A DNA stretch of 64,000 nucleotides from Alphaproteobacteria bacterium (lineage in GTDB: Bacteria > Pseudomonadota > Alphaproteobacteria > Rickettsiales > UBA998). Below the pieces are notes generated by a model. It ran no database searches and was not told the origin of the DNA. It saw only the letters and a list, made by a program, of their open reading frames with translations. The stretch spans positions 9,115-73,114 of the forward strand of contig RDXO01000015.1 in the NCBI GenBank assembly GCA_004292675.1, in the 5' to 3' direction. Shown piece after piece: positions 8,208 to 18,477 of this stretch. The translations under genes and the position numbers were made by a program. Each line of letters begins with the position of its first letter. Position 1 is the stretch's first letter.

Positions 8208-11200
8208 GTGTGTTATATGCAATCTATGACACATCTCGATCTTCTCTCCCTTAGTTATCACGCTTTTGATGATGAACGCACCATCATCCAGCATTATTGT
8301 GGATTACTCGCGCATCTTAAACCGCATGAGACGGAGATCATCACACGAGCAACACGCTGGGTGGAAGCGATTCGCGCTCAAGGGATAGGGCATGGCATGG
8401 AAGCCTTTTTGCAGACCTATGGCTTAGATACCAAAGAAGGAGTCGCGTTGATGTGCCTCGCGGAAGCACTCTTGCGTATTCCTGATAGCCATACTGCCAA
8501 CCAACTAATTCAGCTCACGTTTGATGATAAAAATTGGCGACAATATATTACAGGCAATGAATCATGGACCATCGCAGCATCCAGTTGGGGATTATTACTC
8601 ACAGGCAAGGTCATCGATTTAGAGCAAGAAGAACGTGGCTTTGGTGGCATTATCAAGCGCATGGTGACACGGGTAGGTGAACCCGTTATCCGTGAAGCAT
8701 TAAAAAAAGCCATGCGCGTGATTGGCAATCAATTCGTGCTAGGAGAGAATATTGACGATGGTTTGAATAATGCACGTCCGTGGCACAAAAAAGGCTACCG
8801 TTTTTCCTTTGATATTTTAGGAGAAGGTGCGCGTAGCGATGCGCAAGCGCAATCATACCTTGCAGCTTATCGTGACGCGATTGTGCGCATTGGCAATCAT
8901 AACAGCTACGATTCCCTCTATGAAGCCCCAAGCATTTCCATCAAATTATCCGCACTGCATCCACGTTATCACATGATTAAACGCCAGCAAGTGCATGAAG
9001 AACTTGTGCCACGCATCAAAGAAATTATTACCATCGCGCAACAGCACCATATATGCGTTTCGATTGACGCAGAAGAAGCCAACCGCCTAGAAATTGAAAT
9101 GGAAATCTTTGAAGCATTGCTAGCAGACCCTGCTTTTGATGGATGGAATGGCATTGGTTTTGTACTGCAAGCCTATCAAAAACGTGCCGTCCATGTGATT
9201 GATATGCTCGCCCATTTAGCGCAAACCTATCAACGCATCATTCCCTTACGTCTCGTAAAAGGTGCTTATTGGGATAGTGAAATCAAAAGCGCGCAAATCC
9301 AAGGATTAGATGGATACCCTGTCTTTACGCGCAAAGAACATACCGATGTATCCTACCTCGCTTGTGCTGATAAAATCTTACAAAAAACCCAATATTTCTA
9401 TCCGCAATTTGCAACGCATAATGCCCGCACCATTGCCACTATCCAAACCTTAGCGGAGCAATATCGTATTGCACCTGAGGCTTATGAGTTTCAAAGATTG
9501 CACGGTATGGGGGAAGCCTTGCATGATCACATGCGCCCCACTTATGCGTCACGCATCTATGCACCTATTGGAGAGCATAAGGATTTGCTTGCTTATCTCA
9601 TCCGTCGCTTGCTTGAAAATGGTGCGAATAGCTCCTTTGTGCATCTATTGATGGATGCCAATGTGAGCATGGAAGAACTATTAGCCGATCCTGTACGCAT
9701 CAGCGAATCAGGCTTAGATCGCCCGCTTGCTCTTGCCTTGCCTTGCGATCTCTATCCCGATCGCCGTAACTCAAAAGGGGTGGATTTAGGGTATCATGTC
9801 GCACTGAATGCCTTGCAGCGTGCGCTTGAACAACATCACACACTGCCCCCTGCTCCCAAAGATCATGCACGCGACGATGTGGCACACATGATTGCGACGG
9901 CTTATGAAGCCTATCCTGCATGGGGGGCAACCGATTGTGAACAGCGCGCCATCATCCTTGAAAAAATTGCCGATCTCTATGAACAAGAGCGTGATCAGTT
10001 GCTTGCACTTTTGGTACATGAAGCAGGCAAAACCCTTATGGATGCGGTAGCGGAACTACGTGAAGCGATTGATTTTTGCATCTATTATGCCCATGAAGCA
10101 CGCCGAACTCTTGCGCCTATCACCCTCCATGGTCCTACAGGTGAGAGCAATGAACTACATTATCATCCGCGTGGTGTCGTTGGTTGCATCAGCCCGTGGA
10201 ACTTTCCCTTGGCTATTTTCACAGGGCAAATTGTTGCTGCCTTGGTTAGTGGGAATGCCGTCATTGCCAAACCTGCGGAGCAAACCCCACGCATCGCTAT
10301 GTTGGCAACGCAACTCATGCATCATGCGGGAATCCCCCAAGCGATCTTGCAACTGGCAATCGGTGCAGGGGAAATTGTGGGTGCTGCCATCACCGAAGAT
10401 GAACGCATCGCTGCAATGGTCTTTACGGGATCGGTGGACGTGGCTAAAATCATTCAACGTACTCTAGCGCACCGCAAAGGGGCAATCGTCCCCTTGATTG
10501 CAGAAACGGGTGGCATGAATTGCATGGTCATCGATAGCTCTGCTTTGCTTGAAACGGCGGTGGATGATGTTATGCTTTCTGCCTTTGGTAGTGCTGGACA
10601 ACGTTGTTCCGCATTGCGCGTCCTCTATATTCAAGAAGATATTGCCGATGCATTTTTAACGCTCCTTGAAGGCGCGATGCACGGCTTGGTCGTTGGGAAT
10701 CCTGCTCTGTGCGCAACCGATATTGGCCCTGTCATCGATGCCTCCGCCTATAAAATGCTGCATGATCATATTAATATAATGCGTACACAAGGAATCTTGC
10801 GTGCGGTAGCCCCCCTTACCTCATCGCATCCACTATGCATTGCCCCGCATGTCTTTGAAATCACCTCCATCGATATGCTAAAACAAGAAATCTTTGGTCC
10901 TATTCTGCATGTGATTCGTTTTAAGGCGGGTGCATTAGCAGAAGTGGCACAAGCAATCAACCGTGCTGGATATGGTCTCACCTTTGGCGTGCATAGCCGT
11001 ATTGAGAGCAACATCCAATTTCTGCTTCAGCATGTCCATGTGGGTAATTATTATGTCAATCGTAGCATGATTGGTGCAGTGGTGGGCGTGCAACCTTTTG
11101 GTGGTGAAGGATTATCAGGAACAGGCCCAAAGGCAGGCGGCCCGAACTATCTTATGCGTTTTGTGCATGAACGTGTGGTCACCATCAATAGTGCAGCCAT

Positions 11201-11237
11201 TGGTGGCAATCTGCACTTACTTCATGGGGCTGCGTGA
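8208..11237 (+). CDS. putA: bifunctional proline dehydrogenase / 1-pyrroline-5-carboxylate dehydrogenase
   Basis: 1009 aa with a PRODH barrel region followed by an aldehyde dehydrogenase domain (FTGS, EAGKT, ETGG motifs). There is no N-terminal ribbon-helix-helix domain. The start may be GTG 8208 or ATG 8217/8226. Confidence 0.9.
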   Translation: MCYMQSMTHLDLLSLSYHAFDDERTIIQHYCGLLAHLKPHETEIITRATRWVEAIRAQGIGHGMEAFLQTYGLDTKEGVALMCLAEALLRIPDSHTANQLIQLTFDDKNWRQYITGNESWTIAASSWGLLLTGKVIDLEQEERGFGGIIKRMVTRVGEPVIREALKKAMRVIGNQFVLGENIDDGLNNARPWHKKGYRFSFDILGEGARSDAQAQSYLAAYRDAIVRIGNHNSYDSLYEAPSISIKLSALHPRYHMIKRQQVHEELVPRIKEIITIAQQHHICVSIDAEEANRLEIEMEIFEALLADPAFDGWNGIGFVLQAYQKRAVHVIDMLAHLAQTYQRIIPLRLVKGAYWDSEIKSAQIQGLDGYPVFTRKEHTDVSYLACADKILQKTQYFYPQFATHNARTIATIQTLAEQYRIAPEAYEFQRLHGMGEALHDHMRPTYASRIYAPIGEHKDLLAYLIRRLLENGANSSFVHLLMDANVSMEELLADPVRISESGLDRPLALALPCDLYPDRRNSKGVDLGYHVALNALQRALEQHHTLPPAPKDHARDDVAHMIATAYEAYPAWGATDCEQRAIILEKIADLYEQERDQLLALLVHEAGKTLMDAVAELREAIDFCIYYAHEARRTLAPITLHGPTGESNELHYHPRGVVGCISPWNFPLAIFTGQIVAALVSGNAVIAKPAEQTPRIAMLATQLMHHAGIPQAILQLAIGAGEIVGAAITEDERIAAMVFTGSVDVAKIIQRTLAHRKGAIVPLIAETGGMNCMVIDSSALLETAVDDVMLSAFGSAGQRCSALRVLYIQEDIADAFLTLLEGAMHGLVVGNPALCATDIGPVIDASAYKMLHDHINIMRTQGILRAVAPLTSSHPLCIAPHVFEITSIDMLKQEIFGPILHVIRFKAGALAEVAQAINRAGYGLTFGVHSRIESNIQFLLQHVHVGNYYVNRSMIGAVVGVQPFGGEGLSGTGPKAGGPNYLMRFVHERVVTINSAAIGGNLHLLHGAA

Positions 11238-12137
11238 TTGCTCTGTGGTAGCTTGCTCATCATGGATGCGTTGCGTCCATGATGATTGCGGTTTTTCTGT
11301 ATGCAACCAACGTGATCCTTCACGGTAGTTTTTTTGCTCTGCAAACACATGTTCAACCGTATCGTTCTTAATGCCCAATAAGCCGCTAAGAATACGTGTT
11401 GCAGGCTCAGCAATATGCTCACTTCCCCATCGATCCCAGTTGCGTGCTGCTTCAGGGTTAAAAGCGCGTGTTCCTAAAACCCCAATAAGACTTGTTGCCA
11501 TCCCTGCCACTTTCGCGGCAGCATTCACCATGATCGGTGTTTCATCCTTTAGCAAGCGCAACGATCCAAGCGTTATAGCGGTTGACCATCCCGTCCAGAC
11601 GACCGCTTGGGCAACATGCTTGATTTCATGCGTATAAATTTCTCTCTGACGATTTTTTACTTCTTCTGAATCCTGCGCGAAGCCATGTTTTTCACCCCAT
11701 GTCGTCGCATCTTTTTGTGCGCCTGCATAAAACAAATCCCCCACAACATAGGTACATGCTTGCCCGATACCATCCATAATCATAGGCGTATGACGTTGCA
11801 TCAGCAAGGTAGGGATCGCGCCCATCCAATCACCAATTTGTTCACACACAACCCATCGTCCAATATCCCAACCAAAGGCTTTAATTTTCTCACCATTGAG
11901 TTGCTTGGCATGGACACTACCATGTTCAACCCCTGCCTCGCACGCCGCGCAATGACTAATGCTTAACTTTGCCCCTAAGAAGCGTTTGGTCGCATATTCC
12001 ACAAAGGTATTGAAAAAATCCAAAAAGGTGCAGGCCGTGGCATGGTTCAATACATAAACGACATCTTCCCCGCGCTCTATCGCGTGACGGTGCGCTTCAT
12101 CGGTGAGGTTGGTTTCATCATGCATGGAATCCCTCAC
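11217..12137 (-). CDS. hypothetical His/Cys-rich protein with an HExxH motif and hydrophobic segments
   Basis: HEIKH at 11616-11630 is followed by hydrophobic helices. The more likely start is ATG 12125, preceded by GAGGGA. The gene overlaps the upstream gene's stop and overlaps the putA 3-prime end convergently by 21 nt. Confidence 0.55.
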   Translation of the reverse strand: MRDSMHDETNLTDEAHRHAIERGEDVVYVLNHATACTFLDFFNTFVEYATKRFLGAKLSISHCAACEAGVEHGSVHAKQLNGEKIKAFGWDIGRWVVCEQIGDWMGAIPTLLMQRHTPMIMDGIGQACTYVVGDLFYAGAQKDATTWGEKHGFAQDSEEVKNRQREIYTHEIKHVAQAVVWTGWSTAITLGSLRLLKDETPIMVNAAAKVAGMATSLIGVLGTRAFNPEAARNWDRWGSEHIAEPATRILSGLLGIKNDTVEHVFAEQKNYREGSRWLHTEKPQSSWTQRIHDEQATTEQSRSPMK

Positions 12138-13192
12138 TTCCCATGCCCATGACTGTGATCATGAGAACATCCTCCGATCATGTTCTTGATCATCTCATCA
12201 TCCGCAAAAAGTTTCTGCCCACACTGGTTGATATGCCGCCCTGTTACCATACGGTACAGCAACGCCGCTCCGACACCCAACTCACCAACACCCACGGCTA
12301 AACGTAAAAAATTCACGCCTTCTTGTGGGGCATGATGCCCTATTTCTTCTACCTCAAGCTGTTTATCTTGTTCTGGCACAAAGGCGCGATGCACATTATG
12401 CACGCCATGCAGCATCACGCCCACGCATGAAATGCTTGCTAAAATCGCCCCTGTTTTCTTGAGTGCGGTATCGAGATGGACAACCTTCCCAAAATCTTGC
12501 AAACCACGCCCTTGATGCAACAATTCATGAACCGTTGTTTGAGGGTCTGCTTGCCCACTCCAACGCTTGCCGATGATGTCTGCTTCATAGCCAAACGCGC
12601 CTAGTTCATGATGCAGCTTTTCTTGACCTTGATTGAAGGATTGTTGTAGTTCTTTAATTGCGTTGTGTGCTTGTGCATGGAAATTTTGCTTACTGCCCTT
12701 TTTTAGAAAATTCTTTATATCTTCTTTCAGCAACGGTTCCATTGCGGTTTCACCCAGCCAACCATAAGAATCTAATCCTAAAATTGAACGAGAGTTATTT
12801 CCTATTTTAGACAGCTCTCCATCTTCTCCTATATCAATGTTAATCAACGTAAGATCATCAAACACGTTCGCTTTATTCCCCCAAAATGAAACGCGTGAAT
12901 CCTTAAAGGTACTATCAACATTATTATAAAAACCCACGAGCAACTCACGCATACTCCTGTGATCTTCCTTGAATCCTAGAACGTTACCCTGCTTTTTTGT
13001 ACTAGGAATAGCAGGTGGATTTTTAATCGTTTTATCAAGATTATCTGGAAATTTTTTAAGAACATCTTGATAAGGCGCACCTAATAATGTGCTTAATCCT
13101 TCGCGATCGAATTGCTGAATTGCACCAATCACTTGCTTGATCCACAGCACACAATCTTTTATAGCTTCATCCTGTTCTGGCGTTGCTACCAC
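12134..13192 (-). CDS. hypothetical protein with an HExxH motif, two C-terminal hydrophobic helices and a His-rich tail
   Basis: GTG start preceded by GAGGA. HELLH at 12515-12529. C-terminal tail GGCSHDHSHGHGK. No family recognised. Confidence 0.55.
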   Translation of the reverse strand: MVATPEQDEAIKDCVLWIKQVIGAIQQFDREGLSTLLGAPYQDVLKKFPDNLDKTIKNPPAIPSTKKQGNVLGFKEDHRSMRELLVGFYNNVDSTFKDSRVSFWGNKANVFDDLTLINIDIGEDGELSKIGNNSRSILGLDSYGWLGETAMEPLLKEDIKNFLKKGSKQNFHAQAHNAIKELQQSFNQGQEKLHHELGAFGYEADIIGKRWSGQADPQTTVHELLHQGRGLQDFGKVVHLDTALKKTGAILASISCVGVMLHGVHNVHRAFVPEQDKQLEVEEIGHHAPQEGVNFLRLAVGVGELGVGAALLYRMVTGRHINQCGQKLFADDEMIKNMIGGCSHDHSHGHGK

Positions 13193-13222
13193 GATATTTC
13201 CTCAATGCATGACATACATTAT

Positions 13223-13251
13223 ATTCTAGCCATTATATCAAACCTTGTAAA
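13223..13251 (-). promoter_or_regulatory. candidate sigma-70 promoter for the 13192 operon
   Basis: The minus strand reads TTTACA-N17-TAGAAT. The -10 element ends about 30 nt upstream of the GTG start. Confidence 0.3.
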
Positions 13252-13266
13252 GCACTATATGTGGAT

Positions 13267-14664
13267 TCACGCATCATAGAGCGGTACATAGACTGAGAAC
13301 ACCGATCCTTTACCAACAGTGGATGTAATAGAAATCACCCCCTTATGGCGTGTCAGGATGCCTTTCACAATGGCAAGCCCAAGCCCTGTTCCCCCCACCT
13401 GACGAGTACGCGCTGAATCCACACGATAAAAACGCTCCGTCAACCGCGCAAGATGCTCTTTTGCAATCCCCTCACCTTCATCACGCACGGAAAAGAGTAG
13501 CATCCGCGTATGAGATCGCACCACTATATCAGGCGGAAGCTCCGTTGTCACCCGCACCGTAATTAATACCTCGCTGTTCGCACTGCCATATTTGAGCGCA
13601 TTACCAACCAAATTATGCACCACTTGCGCGAGTTCATTGCGCTCCCCAATCACATCAGGCACATCATCGGGAACATCCAAGACAATATGCACTTTTTTCT
13701 GACGCGCAATCAAATCAAACATTTTAATTTCACGTTGCACCACTTTCACAAAATCCACCCGATCAATCGGAGGCGTATGGGCATTCATTTCAATTTTGGA
13801 AAGCGACAAGAGATCATTGATCAGTTGACGCATACGCTCCGCTTGTTCTGCCATGATTTCAAGAAACTCATCAATGGCTTTATCATCATCGCGGGCAGGG
13901 CCTCGTATCGTTTCAATCAGCCCCGAAATACTCGCAAGCGGGGTGCGTATCTCATGGCTCGCATTGGCAACGAAATCTGCGCGCATTTGCTCCACGCTCT
14001 TTAATTCGGTGATGTCATTCATGGTAATAACCAAACTCACCCCACCTTTATCCGATGCCGAAAGCCGTTCAATCACCGCAAGAAAATCACGCACCACTGG
14101 TTCTTCCAGACGAAATTCCACCTCACGACCACGAAAATCTTCATTCACCGCTACCACTGCATCTAATAATAAACGGCTTGGTATCACCGATTCAATCTTC
14201 TTTTTCGCAAGATTCTGCCCAAATACGGTACGTGCAGCGCGGTTGGTACGGACAATATGCAACCGATCATTGAGCATCAAAAGAATATCAGGCAAGGTAT
14301 CCACAATCACCTCACCCTCACGGATCACCATTTGCATATCCATTGCTTTATGATCCCACACCGCCCGTAGCCGCAATAATGCTTCGGGTATATTAAAAAT
14401 GGTTTTTAATACATTCAATTCAGGAACAAGTGTTTTTTTATCCTCCGAGAGATCGAAAATATATTCGGTAAGGGCGCGCAGATTCATCAGCAATGGCACA
14501 ACCACCATCCATGTTCCAACCCACACCGCAATATAACCAAACAAAAACGAAGAAATACTCAGACGCTCATTGACCGCAAAGAGCGATAACACCACCAAAG
14601 ATGGCAGGGTTGCTATCCCTACCACTTTGATGATGGTACGTAAGGGAACACGTTTCAGTGCCAT
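13267..14664 (-). CDS. PhoR-like sensor histidine kinase (2 TM, PAS, HisKA, HATPase)
   Basis: H-box FVANASHEIRTPL plus C-terminal N/G1/G2 boxes (GTGLGLAIV). No response regulator gene is adjacent. Confidence 0.85.
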   Translation of the reverse strand: MALKRVPLRTIIKVVGIATLPSLVVLSLFAVNERLSISSFLFGYIAVWVGTWMVVVPLLMNLRALTEYIFDLSEDKKTLVPELNVLKTIFNIPEALLRLRAVWDHKAMDMQMVIREGEVIVDTLPDILLMLNDRLHIVRTNRAARTVFGQNLAKKKIESVIPSRLLLDAVVAVNEDFRGREVEFRLEEPVVRDFLAVIERLSASDKGGVSLVITMNDITELKSVEQMRADFVANASHEIRTPLASISGLIETIRGPARDDDKAIDEFLEIMAEQAERMRQLINDLLSLSKIEMNAHTPPIDRVDFVKVVQREIKMFDLIARQKKVHIVLDVPDDVPDVIGERNELAQVVHNLVGNALKYGSANSEVLITVRVTTELPPDIVVRSHTRMLLFSVRDEGEGIAKEHLARLTERFYRVDSARTRQVGGTGLGLAIVKGILTRHKGVISITSTVGKGSVFSVYVPLYDA

Positions 14665-14671
14665 AGAGTCG

Positions 14672-16192
14672 CTATACTTCGTAATAACGCGCCACTAAGG
14701 CATCCAGCAAGCGCACCCCATACGCTGTTGCACCTTTCGGGCTGGTTGCCGTTGCTTTTTTACGCCATGCAGTACCCGCAATATCTACATGCGCCCATGC
14801 GACATCTTTTTGAATAAAGCGTTGCAAGAATTGTGCTGCCGTGATGCTCCCTGCTTCTTTATCCGTTCCCACATTTTGCATATCGGCTATATCGGAATTA
14901 ATTTGCTTATCGTAATAATCCCCCATAGGCAATCTCCATGTTTCATCGCCCGTTTCATCGCCAAGCCCCATAATGCGCTGTGCTAATTCATCATTATTCG
15001 AGAATAATCCCGCATATTTTTTACCCAACGAGACGATAATCGCCCCTGTGAGCGTTGCCAAATCAATCACCGTATGTGGACGGAACTTTTCCTGCACATA
15101 CCACAAAGCATCCGCCAATACTAAACGCCCTTCAGCATCCGTATTATTCACCTCAATCGTCTGCCCTGAATAAGAGACTACCACATCACCGGGGCGTTGC
15201 GCATTACCATCGGGCATATTTTCTACCAAGCCCAAAATGCCTACCGCATGGACGCAGGCTTTACGCAATGCTAAGGTACGCATCACGCCATAGACTGCCC
15301 CTGCACCGCCCATATCCCATTTCATTTCTTCCATGCCGGCAGCGGGTTTAATACTGATCCCCCCAGAATCAAAGCATACGCCTTTTCCCACAAAGGCTAT
15401 CGGCGCGCTATCCTTCTTTGTTGTGCCGTTCCAACGTAACACCACTAATTGCGATGCACGCACACTACCCTGCCCCACACCAAGCAAAGCATTCATACCA
15501 AGAGCGCGCATTTCATCTTCACCCAGCACCTGCACCTCTAAACCAAGGGCGCGCATATCCTCACATTTTTGTGCAAAAGATTGTGGATGCAGCACATTGG
15601 CAGGCTCTGACACCACATCACGTGTAGCAATCATGCCCTCTGCCAATGCCTCCAACCGTGGATGATGCGTCTGTGCTGCTCCATCATCCCCGCAAATAAC
15701 CACATGCTGCACGCACGGCAATTCATGCTCTTTTTTGGTCGTGAAATATTTCCCGAAATAATACGCACCAAGACGCGCTCCCAGCATCATATGCGCTTCT
15801 GCAATTCCCTTAGCGCACTCCGCAACAATCATTTCTTCTTCAAGCATGATGGTGAGATGGGTCGCGCCCAACTCATTGGCACGTTTCACTGCTTCTCCTG
15901 CTGCTTGTTCATAGCTCATAGAGGTGCGTGACGCTGCATCGCCCATCCCACACACAACCACCCATGACCATGCCACGCCTTGCGAAGGAATCACCGTCAC
16001 TGATTGCCCTGCTTTGCCCTTCATATACGGGCTGTGCAACGCTTTCGTCAATGCCCCATCCATCTGCACATCCAAACTTTTAGCGATTGTTCCTAGTGTT
16101 TTATCTTCATTGACAAACAGCACACATAATGATCGCTCTTGGTTTGCCTGTTGTTGCCATTCGGTACGCGGTTGATACTGAAAATGTGTCAT
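14672..16192 (-). CDS. pepA: leucyl aminopeptidase (M17)
   Basis: NTDAEGRLVLADAL signature, 506 aa. Confidence 0.9.
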   Translation of the reverse strand: MTHFQYQPRTEWQQQANQERSLCVLFVNEDKTLGTIAKSLDVQMDGALTKALHSPYMKGKAGQSVTVIPSQGVAWSWVVVCGMGDAASRTSMSYEQAAGEAVKRANELGATHLTIMLEEEMIVAECAKGIAEAHMMLGARLGAYYFGKYFTTKKEHELPCVQHVVICGDDGAAQTHHPRLEALAEGMIATRDVVSEPANVLHPQSFAQKCEDMRALGLEVQVLGEDEMRALGMNALLGVGQGSVRASQLVVLRWNGTTKKDSAPIAFVGKGVCFDSGGISIKPAAGMEEMKWDMGGAGAVYGVMRTLALRKACVHAVGILGLVENMPDGNAQRPGDVVVSYSGQTIEVNNTDAEGRLVLADALWYVQEKFRPHTVIDLATLTGAIIVSLGKKYAGLFSNNDELAQRIMGLGDETGDETWRLPMGDYYDKQINSDIADMQNVGTDKEAGSITAAQFLQRFIQKDVAWAHVDIAGTAWRKKATATSPKGATAYGVRLLDALVARYYEV

Positions 16193-16225
16193 GATACTAC
16201 TCCTTGCTTGTGACGAAAATTATAC

Positions 16226-17506
16226 TTAAAACCGTTCCTTAAACCAACGCACCAAACGCTCCATCCCAAATGAAACATCACCTTGGGCAGGTTTGCGCAA
16301 TAAATCATCTTCAAATGAATGTTGCGTGGCATAATAGAGCATCCCTATGGGAACAGAAAAATTCGGAGAACTTACCGATTCCGCCAAGCCAGGGAATAAT
16401 TTAGGTTTACCCATACGCACTTGTTTTCCAAACATCGTGGTTGCCAACTCACGCACCCCCACAAGCTGCGATGCACCGCCTGTCAAAACAATCGTGCGCC
16501 CCATCATCGATGTAACACCTTGCTTTTGCACTTGATCCCGCACCAGTTCAAAAATCTCTTCGATCCTCGGGCGGATAATGCGTACAAGCTGTGTGCGTGG
16601 CACTTGCGCATATTCCACCGAATCTTCATCACCCAGTGGCATCACATCCACCATCATATGTTCATCTTGTTCCGAATCCAACACACTTCCATAGAGCGTT
16701 TTAAGGCGTTCAGCGTGCTGCAAGCTCGTGGATAAACCTTTTGCCACATCATTAGTCACATGCTTGCCACCAACTGGCACGATTGCGGAGAAGATATTAC
16801 ACCCGCCTTGAAAAATCGCCACACTGGTAGTTGATGCCCCCATATCGATCACGGTGACACCCAATTCTTGCTCATCTGTCTCTAAACAGCCTAGCCCCGT
16901 GGCATAGGGGGTAATCACCCAATCCACCACATCTAAATGACACCGTGAGACTAAATGCATCAGATTCATCAAACGTCGTTCATCAACAGTAAGTACATGC
17001 ACATCCGCCTTCAATAACATACCATACATATGTCGCGGATCACGTATACCCTTCGCACCATCCAACTGATATTGCGTCACCATGCAATGTACCACTTGAC
17101 GATGCGGTTGTGCTAACTCACGGCACGCGGTGCGTAGGATCGTTGCGATCGACTGATCGGTCACTTCACCATGCGCAATCGGCAATTCCACATGCACATT
17201 ATGCGATGCAAGATCAGAAAAAGAAACATTGGCAATCACATGATCCAGCGTGCCACCTGCCATTTTTTCCGCAGCATTCACCGCATGGGCAATAGATGCT
17301 TGCGCCTCTTTGCTATCCGTTACAATACCACCACGCAAGCCCTTAGCATGATGATGCCCTATGCCAATAATTTGCATCTGCCCTTGCGCATCAGGTTCAG
17401 CAATAAAGCATCCTATTTTATTGCTGCCAATATCAATCACCGCAACACTATGTTTACTACCGCGCAATGCATAAAAATGAGAAGAAAGATGAGGTTCAAC
17501 TATCAT
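16226..17506 (-). CDS. ftsA: cell division protein FtsA
   Basis: Actin-like ATPase motifs (VIDIGSNKI, VIDMGASTT) and a position directly after ftsQ. Confidence 0.9.
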   Translation of the reverse strand: MIVEPHLSSHFYALRGSKHSVAVIDIGSNKIGCFIAEPDAQGQMQIIGIGHHHAKGLRGGIVTDSKEAQASIAHAVNAAEKMAGGTLDHVIANVSFSDLASHNVHVELPIAHGEVTDQSIATILRTACRELAQPHRQVVHCMVTQYQLDGAKGIRDPRHMYGMLLKADVHVLTVDERRLMNLMHLVSRCHLDVVDWVITPYATGLGCLETDEQELGVTVIDMGASTTSVAIFQGGCNIFSAIVPVGGKHVTNDVAKGLSTSLQHAERLKTLYGSVLDSEQDEHMMVDVMPLGDEDSVEYAQVPRTQLVRIIRPRIEEIFELVRDQVQKQGVTSMMGRTIVLTGGASQLVGVRELATTMFGKQVRMGKPKLFPGLAESVSSPNFSVPIGMLYYATQHSFEDDLLRKPAQGDVSFGMERLVRWFKERF

Positions 17507-17514
17507 ATCGTGGC

Positions 17515-18477
17515 TTAAACATCCCCATCAGGTTCATCGCGTTCAACTGCTTCCAAATCATCAGGTAGGGATAGATATTGCGCGTTCGGATCACGCATAT
17601 CAATCTCTTTGATCGGTTTTGAAAGGATATTTTCTGTTTTTTGCAATTCAATCATCTTCTTCCATGCACCTATGGGCTTTTCTTCGGGAAGTTTCACATG
17701 AATACCTGTATCAAAATGAATATCCCAACGGCGATCACTCACCAAAACAGAGGCAACAATACGACGCGCCAACTCTTTATCTTCTTTGAATAATTGCACT
17801 AATTCATGCATGTGCTGTGGTGCTTCACTGCCAACCACCGTGATCATATGCGGATAATCTTCAGGGCGTTCCCCCTCCAATACCACGCCATCTTCATCAA
17901 TCACACGCACCAGCCCTTCATGTTGCCACAATACATAGGGTTGACGCTCGATTAAATTCACCGTAATCGTTCCCGAAAGATCACGCCCCACATGTGCTTG
18001 ACGTACCGTTGGGATTTTTTCCAACTGCTGGCGTATATGATCCAACGAATATAAAAATAGCGGATCGCCCGAAGCCATACCAACGGCTGAAACAATCGCG
18101 TCCGCAGGCGTAACCTTACGCCCCTCAACCACTAATTCCTTAAACTCATAGCCCGCATCATAGGTTACACGCACCCATTGCCTATGCCCCCAATCAACAA
18201 TATCTTGATGCACGCCAAATGCTACGCCCAACCCCACCATCAACGTAGTCATGCCGATCGTGCCATAAAGCATCATGCGGCGTTGTTTCTCACGTTGCTT
18301 TTTACGCCCACGCTCCCTCACCACATTGACATTGCTTCCTGATGCCACATGCGCTTTGCTTTTCTTGGGCGCAGAAGCAGGCTTTGAGGGTGGTTTTGCT
18401 TTCGCTTTCGCCTTCGGTTTCGCTTTGGTGGAGGTATCAACCATAACGCACAGCCTCATCCGTTGTCGCATGATCAA
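17515..18477 (-). CDS. ftsQ: cell division protein FtsQ
   Basis: Lys/Ala/Pro-rich N-terminus, a single TM, then a POTRA-like region. Lies between ddl and ftsA. The start is uncertain; an internal ATG sits near 18447. Confidence 0.8.
   Translation of the reverse strand: MIMRQRMRLCVMVDTSTKAKPKAKAKAKPPSKPASAPKKSKAHVASGSNVNVVRERGRKKQREKQRRMMLYGTIGMTTLMVGLGVAFGVHQDIVDWGHRQWVRVTYDAGYEFKELVVEGRKVTPADAIVSAVGMASGDPLFLYSLDHIRQQLEKIPTVRQAHVGRDLSGTITVNLIERQPYVLWQHEGLVRVIDEDGVVLEGERPEDYPHMITVVGSEAPQHMHELVQLFKEDKELARRIVASVLVSDRRWDIHFDTGIHVKLPEEKPIGAWKKMIELQKTENILSKPIKEIDMRDPNAQYLSLPDDLEAVERDEPDGDV

Noticed and set aside
13250-13262. The isolated tatagtgcttt motif upstream of the 13192 operon, and tatagtg near 27050, as further family-2 repeat copies.
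   Set aside because: Only 7-11 nt match, with no partner arm to form the hairpin. These are most likely chance matches or very old remnants.
18395-18430. Repetitive aaagc/gaaagc DNA encoding KAKPKAKAKAKPP at the ftsQ N-terminus.
   Set aside because: This is a low-complexity basic linker of the kind common in FtsQ N-termini, not a discrete repeat element.
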